In this document: positions 58,072-64,000 of the stretch, in pieces | Numbering within the stretch: the stretch's first letter is position 1 | Layout: each line of letters opens with the position of its first letter | From: Candidatus Bathyarchaeia archaeon | Lineage (GTDB): Archaea > Thermoproteota > Bathyarchaeia > Bathyarchaeales > Bathycorpusculaceae | Reading direction: 5' to 3' | DNA length: 64,000 nucleotides | Assembly (NCBI GenBank): GCA_038727135.1 | Contig: JAVYWL010000001.1 | Coordinates: 256,001-320,000, forward strand | Translations under genes and position numbers: made by a program | Notes under the pieces: generated by a model | Seen by the model: only the letters and a program-made list of their open reading frames with translations | The model's database searches: none | What the model was told of the DNA's origin: nothing

Positions 58072-59775
58072 TTAAATGCTGTTCTGCACCCTTATATTAC
58101 CCTTTTTCAAAAACTGCTTTTGGTAGATTTCCCTAACCCTTTGTATAGTGTCAGCCTCCTCCGGAGTTTTATCGTCCCTTACGCGGGTTATCCGTGCAAA
58201 CCGCAATGCCATGCCGCACTTGTATTTTGGACTTTTCTGGATTTCGTTGTAGGCTACCTCCACAACAATTTTTGGAGTAACATAGACTCTGCGGTATTCC
58301 TCTTTTATGGCTAGCTCTTTTAGGCGCTTAGTCATCTCGATAATTTCGGAGTCCGTTAGTCCCTTGAAGGTTTTGCCAACAACCAAAAATTCACCAGTTT
58401 CAGCGTCGCGAGCTGCCAAGTAATAGTCCGAAAGCCACTCGTGTCTCCGCCCATAGCCGTATTCCGCGGCAACAATAACCAAGTCTAATGGTTCAAGAGT
58501 TGGCTTTATTTTTAACCAGTGTTTTCCGCGGATTCCTGGTGTATATTCGCTGTTTAGCCTCTTAGCCATAAGCCCCTCATGTCCACAGTCAACAGCTTCC
58601 CTAAGAAAACGCTCGGCTTCTTCAACGCTATCTGTAATTAACTGTTTTGTTAACGGTATCTCACCAGCACTGTCCGCCAAAATTTGTCTTCGCTGAAGAT
58701 AAGGCAACGAAATTAGGCTTTTGTCATCCAAGTATAGGATGTCGAAGAGGTAAAGCTTAACAGGAATCGTTTCAGCCACGTCCTCAATTTCATGAACTCT
58801 TTTAAATCTGCGCATAAGATGCTGGAAAGGAACGGGATATCCCTTATCGTCGATGGCTATCACCTCGCCTTCCATGATGACTTCACGGGCTTTAACCTTC
58901 TTTCTCACCATATCAGCTATTTCTGGCAAACTTTTAGTGACATCTGTCAATCTACGGCTGAAAATTCGCACATCATCGCCGCATTTATGAATTTGGACCC
59001 TGGCACCGTCAAGTTTATACTCAAAGGCGGTTTTTCCGCCGTGCTCTTTAATTGCCTCAGCCACATCATTAGCCATCTGAGCCAACATAAGCTTGACAGG
59101 CTTAAAAATTTGAAAGCCAATTTTTGAAAGAGCCTCTCTACCCTCAGCCTTAATTAACGCTGCTACAGTGCCAATATCTCCAAGCACCATCCCCGCTCTT
59201 TTAACAGTTTCAAACGGTATCTGAAAAGCCCTTGAAATAGCCTGCTCCATTAATCCTTCATGGAAGCCCGTTCGCATCTCGCCGATGAAAATTTTAACCA
59301 GATACTTCGCCTCAAGCGGGGAAGCCGAGCTTAGCAAAGCCTCGATGAGGCGCTCCTTTTTCTCTCTAGCGCCATGCCCAGCAGTTTCAGCTATGGCCTC
59401 AAAACTTCGCCTAACCTCCAATATCGTCAGAGGCTTTTCAAAAAGCACAGCCTGCCGCTTAATTTTGCAACTTTCAAAAACAACCTTCGCCGCCGAACCT
59501 ACATCTCCAGTCTGGTTAAAGGCTTCCAGAAAAATCCTCCAATCAACTCCAGTGATACGCCTAATAATCTCGCTTAAAGTAGCCCAACTAACATCAAGAG
59601 TTTGCTGACTCCACTTTGGAAAAGGTCTGCCCAAAATCATCGAAACTGCCGGCTCAACTTCGTCCGGCTCAAGGCTCTTTAAGAAATCCGCTACAAGGTT
59701 TACGGCTGGAACCCGCCTGCTCATTCCCTCCAGTTTTTCACATAACTCTGCTAAAGCCTTAAACAGCGTCGGCAT
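58072..59775 (-). CDS. lig: ATP-dependent DNA ligase (copy 2)
   Basis: EYKLDGAR, EGEV, FDILY, EGLMAK, WLKIK, LDLVIV, LRFAR. Confidence 0.95.
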   Translation of the reverse strand: MPTLFKALAELCEKLEGMSRRVPAVNLVADFLKSLEPDEVEPAVSMILGRPFPKWSQQTLDVSWATLSEIIRRITGVDWRIFLEAFNQTGDVGSAAKVVFESCKIKRQAVLFEKPLTILEVRRSFEAIAETAGHGAREKKERLIEALLSSASPLEAKYLVKIFIGEMRTGFHEGLMEQAISRAFQIPFETVKRAGMVLGDIGTVAALIKAEGREALSKIGFQIFKPVKLMLAQMANDVAEAIKEHGGKTAFEYKLDGARVQIHKCGDDVRIFSRRLTDVTKSLPEIADMVRKKVKAREVIMEGEVIAIDDKGYPVPFQHLMRRFKRVHEIEDVAETIPVKLYLFDILYLDDKSLISLPYLQRRQILADSAGEIPLTKQLITDSVEEAERFLREAVDCGHEGLMAKRLNSEYTPGIRGKHWLKIKPTLEPLDLVIVAAEYGYGRRHEWLSDYYLAARDAETGEFLVVGKTFKGLTDSEIIEMTKRLKELAIKEEYRRVYVTPKIVVEVAYNEIQKSPKYKCGMALRFARITRVRDDKTPEEADTIQRVREIYQKQFLKKGNIRVQNSI

Positions 59776-59873
59776 AATAACACACTTTATTTACTATCAT
59801 GCTAAAAGACACAGCGGAAACTAAAATCGTTTATTTTAGCAAGACGAAATAAAAAGGGAGAATGCGAACGCTT

Positions 59874-60248
59874 TTAGAAAGACTCTTCAAGCTTTGCTTT
59901 AACTTCTTTAATCTTTTTCTCAGTCTCCGAAGCCTTCTCGTTTTCGCCTAAAGCCCTATAACAGTCTCTGGCATATTCTAAGGCGCTAACACCAAACCTG
60001 TCAAAGCCCTTTTGGAAGGAAAGCTCCGCAGACTTCAGAAAGTATTCGACAGCGCCAGCATAATCATTCAACATGAAGGCACACTCGCCAGCCTTAAAAA
60101 GAGCATACGTCGCATCAAAGAAATTGTTCTTCCCCTTGTAAAGCTCAGAAGCCCTCAGAAACTTCTCCCTAGCCTCCCCATACTTGCCCATCTCGTAAAG
60201 TGTATTCCCATCCTTATGCAATTTTACAGGGTCTTCCTCTTCCGCCAT
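59874..60248 (-). CDS. TPR-repeat protein (alpha-SNAP-like pattern)
   Basis: AREKFLRASELY, AVEYFLKSAEL, ARDCYRALG helical repeats. Confidence 0.8.
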   Translation of the reverse strand: MAEEEDPVKLHKDGNTLYEMGKYGEAREKFLRASELYKGKNNFFDATYALFKAGECAFMLNDYAGAVEYFLKSAELSFQKGFDRFGVSALEYARDCYRALGENEKASETEKKIKEVKAKLEESF

Positions 60249-60369
60249 AAACTATCAACCCAACAATTGTTAACACCATTTACAAACACACAATTTAGGT
60301 TTTCCCCCACTTTCGTGAAAACTTTGACTACATAACTAACAAAATGAAGCTTCAACATCATTCAAAGAA

Positions 60370-61110
60370 TCAGCTAACTTTTCTTTTAAGTAAACTTCTG
60401 TACAACACATACACTGTGTAAAAAGCATAAGCAACAAATAGCTTGGAAAGCTTCCTAAACGATCCGAAACGTAAATGTTCAATGAGTATTTGTATGCTCC
60501 CTCTTATTGTCCAAACTTCTGGAGATCTATAATGCATGCAGTAGGGGTCGTATGTTGCCACTAGCCTATACCCCTTTTTTTCTATCCAATCTTTGATGAA
60601 GGCATCTTCAAAAACGTGCAAATTCCTCGGGATATCTATGTCTTTAATGGCTTCGCGGCGCACAAGTAGATCGTGAGTCCCACCTCTTAAATCGAAAATT
60701 TTCCATGTTATTTTCAAGAAAAGCTTTAAAACAAGCGGATTTTGGATGCCTTCCCAGATTTCAATGCCCCAAACTCCTCCGACATCGTCTGCCAGGATGC
60801 TTTTGGCTTTTTCAAACCATTTATCGCAAAGGACAACATCACTATCGACAAAGACGAACCACTCAGCCTTAACCTCCTTTATGCCTTTCATCCTTGCGCT
60901 GCCACGTGTGCCATTGTCCATTAGTAAAACCACGTTTCCATACTTCTCTCTAAATTTTTCAATAATCTTTAATGTGGAGTCGGTTGAATATCCATCTACA
61001 ACTATTAAACGGTTTACTGGAATGTTTTTGTAGATGGAGTTTAGACATTTTTCTAGAACTCTTTCGCTGTTTTTTGTAAGCACCACAACGTCCACGCTTT
61101 CGATGGACAA
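60370..61110 (-). CDS. Glycosyltransferase family 2
   Basis: VVDGYSTD, FVDSD (DxD), FED. Confidence 0.92.
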   Translation of the reverse strand: MSIESVDVVVLTKNSERVLEKCLNSIYKNIPVNRLIVVDGYSTDSTLKIIEKFREKYGNVVLLMDNGTRGSARMKGIKEVKAEWFVFVDSDVVLCDKWFEKAKSILADDVGGVWGIEIWEGIQNPLVLKLFLKITWKIFDLRGGTHDLLVRREAIKDIDIPRNLHVFEDAFIKDWIEKKGYRLVATYDPYCMHYRSPEVWTIRGSIQILIEHLRFGSFRKLSKLFVAYAFYTVYVLYRSLLKRKVS

Positions 61111-61271
61111 TCTGTCACCGTCTGCTGATAATTTATGGTGGCCAATTCCGAATGATAGTTGAAAGATTATAAAGATTTGTTGGTTTCCTATGATTCATGC
61201 TCATTGGGCACGCTAACAGTTTATATTTAAAGCCAAACATTGACTAATAAAATTGGTTAGGACACCTTCAA

Positions 61272-62318
61272 ATGGTGCACTCAATGTCTATAAGGAAGGC
61301 TTTAAGTATTGTTTCCCGGGTCTTGGCTCCGAATAAGCCTTATCATGTTCAATGGATGGTTACAAGAAGGTGCAATTATCGTTGTAGAGGATGCAATGTT
61401 TGGCGAGAGCAGGACAAGGAGGAGTTGTCAACTGAAGAGGTAAAACGTGGGCTGGATGTCCTTCGAAAACTTGGCGTTGTGGAGGTTTTGATATCTGGCG
61501 GTAACCCGCTTTTGAGGGAGGATATTGACGAGATAATCGAGTATGCATCACGTTACTTCTTTCTAACGGTCTATGATAATGGGAGCTTGGCAGCTGAAAA
61601 AATTGACGCTTTACGTCACGCGAATTTTGTTGCAATTTCAATAGATAGCCTAAACCCAGATAAAAACGACAGAATAAGGGGCGTTAAGGGGGCATGGAAA
61701 AGAGCCGTGGAGGCTGTAGAAAGACTTCATATGGAAGGAATTAACGTGAGCGTGACACCAACGATTTCGCAAGCCAACCTTTACGAGATTGTCGATTTCA
61801 CTAAATATTTCTTGGACAGAGGGATACCGGTCTGGTACTCCTTATACTCCTATGACTCGCCAGAAAATTTAAACTCTCTTTTCAAGATAGGCAAGGAGGA
61901 GGATGCCCTTCTAATAAGGGATAAGGAAGCCATGGTAAAAGTTTGCGATGCGCTTCTCGAAATGAAACGGAAAAACGACAATGTTTTGATTACGACAAAG
62001 GTTTTGGAAGCCGTTAAGCACCTTTATCTAGACAACAAGAGAATCTGGAAGTGCCGTGCCCTGCAGAATTTCTTTGTGGTAAATCATCGAGGCGAAGTTT
62101 CCGGCTGCCACCTTAACGAGCCGGTCGCCTCAATTTTTGAGCTGCCAGACCTTTGGGAAAGTGAAAAATTTGAAGCTCTTAGGAAAAAGTACAATGAATG
62201 CGAGAGATGCGCGTATCTTTGTTACATTTTCTATTCGGTTCACGGGAGTATTGCTGGCAACATTGAAATAGTTAGAGACAAGTGGCGCAGCGTAAGATTC
62301 TTCTTAAAAAGACGTTAA
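61272..62318 (+). CDS. Radical SAM protein with C-terminal Cys-rich (SPASM/twitch-like) domain
   Basis: CNYRCRGC, SGGNP, ISID, C...GCH...CERCAYLC. Confidence 0.92.
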   Translation: MVHSMSIRKALSIVSRVLAPNKPYHVQWMVTRRCNYRCRGCNVWREQDKEELSTEEVKRGLDVLRKLGVVEVLISGGNPLLREDIDEIIEYASRYFFLTVYDNGSLAAEKIDALRHANFVAISIDSLNPDKNDRIRGVKGAWKRAVEAVERLHMEGINVSVTPTISQANLYEIVDFTKYFLDRGIPVWYSLYSYDSPENLNSLFKIGKEEDALLIRDKEAMVKVCDALLEMKRKNDNVLITTKVLEAVKHLYLDNKRIWKCRALQNFFVVNHRGEVSGCHLNEPVASIFELPDLWESEKFEALRKKYNECERCAYLCYIFYSVHGSIAGNIEIVRDKWRSVRFFLKRR

Positions 62319-63289
62319 TACGCGGCATGTAATATTTCTAAAACAGCTCTTTCAACTGCTTGACGACTATTTAGTTTTGGCCTCCACCCAAGACTTTTGA
62401 GTCTTTTAATGTTTAAAAGCATGACTTTTACGTCGCCTTTCCAACCTCTCCCTCCATCAACGCCGCCGGTGAAAACATATTGCACATTTTTTAGTCCCAT
62501 TTTCGCGCAAACAATGTCTGCAATTTCTCTTACAACTATTTGGTCTTCAGAGCCTACATTGAATATGCTTACCCTTTCATTACTTGCTTCCAAACCTATT
62601 AAAATGGCATCTACACAATCCTCAACGTGTAGGTAAGATTTCATTTGAGTGCCATCACCGAGTATCTCCAGTCTTTCTGGGTTTTCTCTAAGCTTTTTTA
62701 TGAAATCATAAATGACCCCGTGCTGCGACCTTAAGCCTACAATGTTTGCCAGCCTGTAGATTATTGCTTTAAAGCCATACGTGTTAGCATAGGCCGATAT
62801 GAGGGCTTCAGCCGCAAGTTTAGAAGCACCGTAAGTTGAAAGGGGTTTTAGTGGTGCATAATCCTCCGGGGTTGGTATTGTTTCTGCATCTCCATAAACT
62901 GTTGAGGAAGAAGTGAAAACCAAGGTTTTGACAACCCCAACTTTGCGAATTGCTTCAAGGAGGTTAAATGTTGTAAGCACGTTTTGCTCGTAATGAATTT
63001 GGGGGTTTTCAGAACCAACACGAACTTCTGGGTTGGCGGCTAAATGGAAAACAGTATCACACCCGTTTATGGATTTAACAACCTCTTCGAGAGACAGCAA
63101 GTCACCACGTATGAATCTAAAGCCGGGCGTGCCCAACCACTTCCTTACATTTTCAATGGTACCCGAGCTTAAGTTGTCAAACACAATAACATCTTTGCCC
63201 ATTTTGCATAATCTATCGACTAGGTGGCTTCCTATGAAACCCGCGCCACCGGTTACCAAAATTTTTCCCAAATCTTGGCTTTGAAACAT
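62315..63289 (-). CDS. NAD-dependent sugar epimerase/dehydratase
   Basis: TGGAGFIG, HLAANP, SSSTVYG, YGASK. Confidence 0.94.
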   Translation of the reverse strand: MFQSQDLGKILVTGGAGFIGSHLVDRLCKMGKDVIVFDNLSSGTIENVRKWLGTPGFRFIRGDLLSLEEVVKSINGCDTVFHLAANPEVRVGSENPQIHYEQNVLTTFNLLEAIRKVGVVKTLVFTSSSTVYGDAETIPTPEDYAPLKPLSTYGASKLAAEALISAYANTYGFKAIIYRLANIVGLRSQHGVIYDFIKKLRENPERLEILGDGTQMKSYLHVEDCVDAILIGLEASNERVSIFNVGSEDQIVVREIADIVCAKMGLKNVQYVFTGGVDGGRGWKGDVKVMLLNIKRLKSLGWRPKLNSRQAVERAVLEILHAAY

Positions 63290-63345
63290 CTTCATCCTTC
63301 AAAGGATTTCATATTTCAAGAGGACTATAGGCATATTTATTTTTG

Positions 63346-64000
63346 TTATTGTTTTTGCCTTGTTAGCGCTAACCACAAGTGGTCGCATTTTGGACGCGGA
63401 AGGCTTGTTTCACGTTTATCTTTGTGAACCATTACACGCCTACTCGGGTCTTTTAAAAACTCGCCAACTACGGACGCCTCAATTTTCTCTTCCTTCAATT
63501 TCTCAATGATGTGTTCTGCGTATTCTGGTTTTGCCGCAATGAGCATAGCTCCGGAACTTATCAGTTGCAGCGGGTCTATCTCCAAATGTCTGCAAATCTC
63601 CAATGTTTCCTTTGCCACTGGAATTTTTTCTTCAAAAACTTTAACGCCCAAGTTTGAAGCATCCGCCATCTCGTGAATGCCGCCTAGAACACCGCCTTCT
63701 GTTGGATCATGCATTGCATCTACTCCTCCAGTTTTAAAGGCTGTTATGCCATCTTTAACAACACTTATTTTCTCAAAAAACTTCCGTGCAGACTTTAAAA
63801 GCCGGTCGTTGGCGCCCATGTTTAAAAGAAGTTCGTAGCGTTCAGTTGCGAGTATGGCCGTCCCTTCTATGCCAGCGCTTTTCGTCAATATTAATTTGTC
63901 CCCGGGTTTGGCTCCACCAGCAGTGACATAACATCCTTTGTCCGTTATTCCCAAAGCGCACCCTATAACAATCGGATTGATAAGTTCTGGTGTTACTTCA
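63346..64000 (-). CDS. AIR synthase/HypE-like family protein, 5' truncated by window edge
   Basis: Frame open to the edge (EVTPELINPIVIG); PGDKLILTK, MHDPTEGG, DPLQLISSG. Confidence 0.88.
   Translation of the reverse strand, partial: EVTPELINPIVIGCALGITDKGCYVTAGGAKPGDKLILTKSAGIEGTAILATERYELLLNMGANDRLLKSARKFFEKISVVKDGITAFKTGGVDAMHDPTEGGVLGGIHEMADASNLGVKVFEEKIPVAKETLEICRHLEIDPLQLISSGAMLIAAKPEYAEHIIEKLKEEKIEASVVGEFLKDPSRRVMVHKDKRETSLPRPKCDHLWLALTRQKQ

Noticed and set aside
1-64000. CRISPR array, rRNA or IS transposase
   Set aside because: No regularly spaced repeats, rRNA-like tracts or transposase motifs were seen by eye

Overview
Archaeal chromosomal window, most consistent with Bathyarchaeia (inferred from gene content: eL22-like ribosomal protein, SepF, aCPSF1-psmB, SmAP-rpl37e, egsA, dockerin-bearing surface proteins). 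It is mostly housekeeping and transport genes: an Opp/Dpp peptide ABC operon, two ATP-dependent DNA ligases, mre11-rad50, hisS, mtnA, hypA with an Mrp-type hypB, tRNA-Gly(GCC) and tRNA-Cys(GCA). The most notable items are: (1) a ~5.15 kb AT-rich element integrated in tRNA-Cys between 30-bp direct repeats, whose tyrosine integrase frame runs through the att site and the tRNA and lacks the first catalytic Arg; (2) an intergenic box C/D guide RNA at ~16.15 kb whose guides point to 16S C1402 and possibly 23S C1920 (E. coli numbering); (3) a peptide-binding protein ending in a dockerin-like module near a large cohesin+dockerin surface protein; (4) an unannotated 18-20 aa Lys/Glu micropeptide with its own expression signals; (5) several reading frames that continue past stop codons. 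Family assignments come from motif recognition by eye; no database searches were run. No CRISPR array or rRNA was seen.
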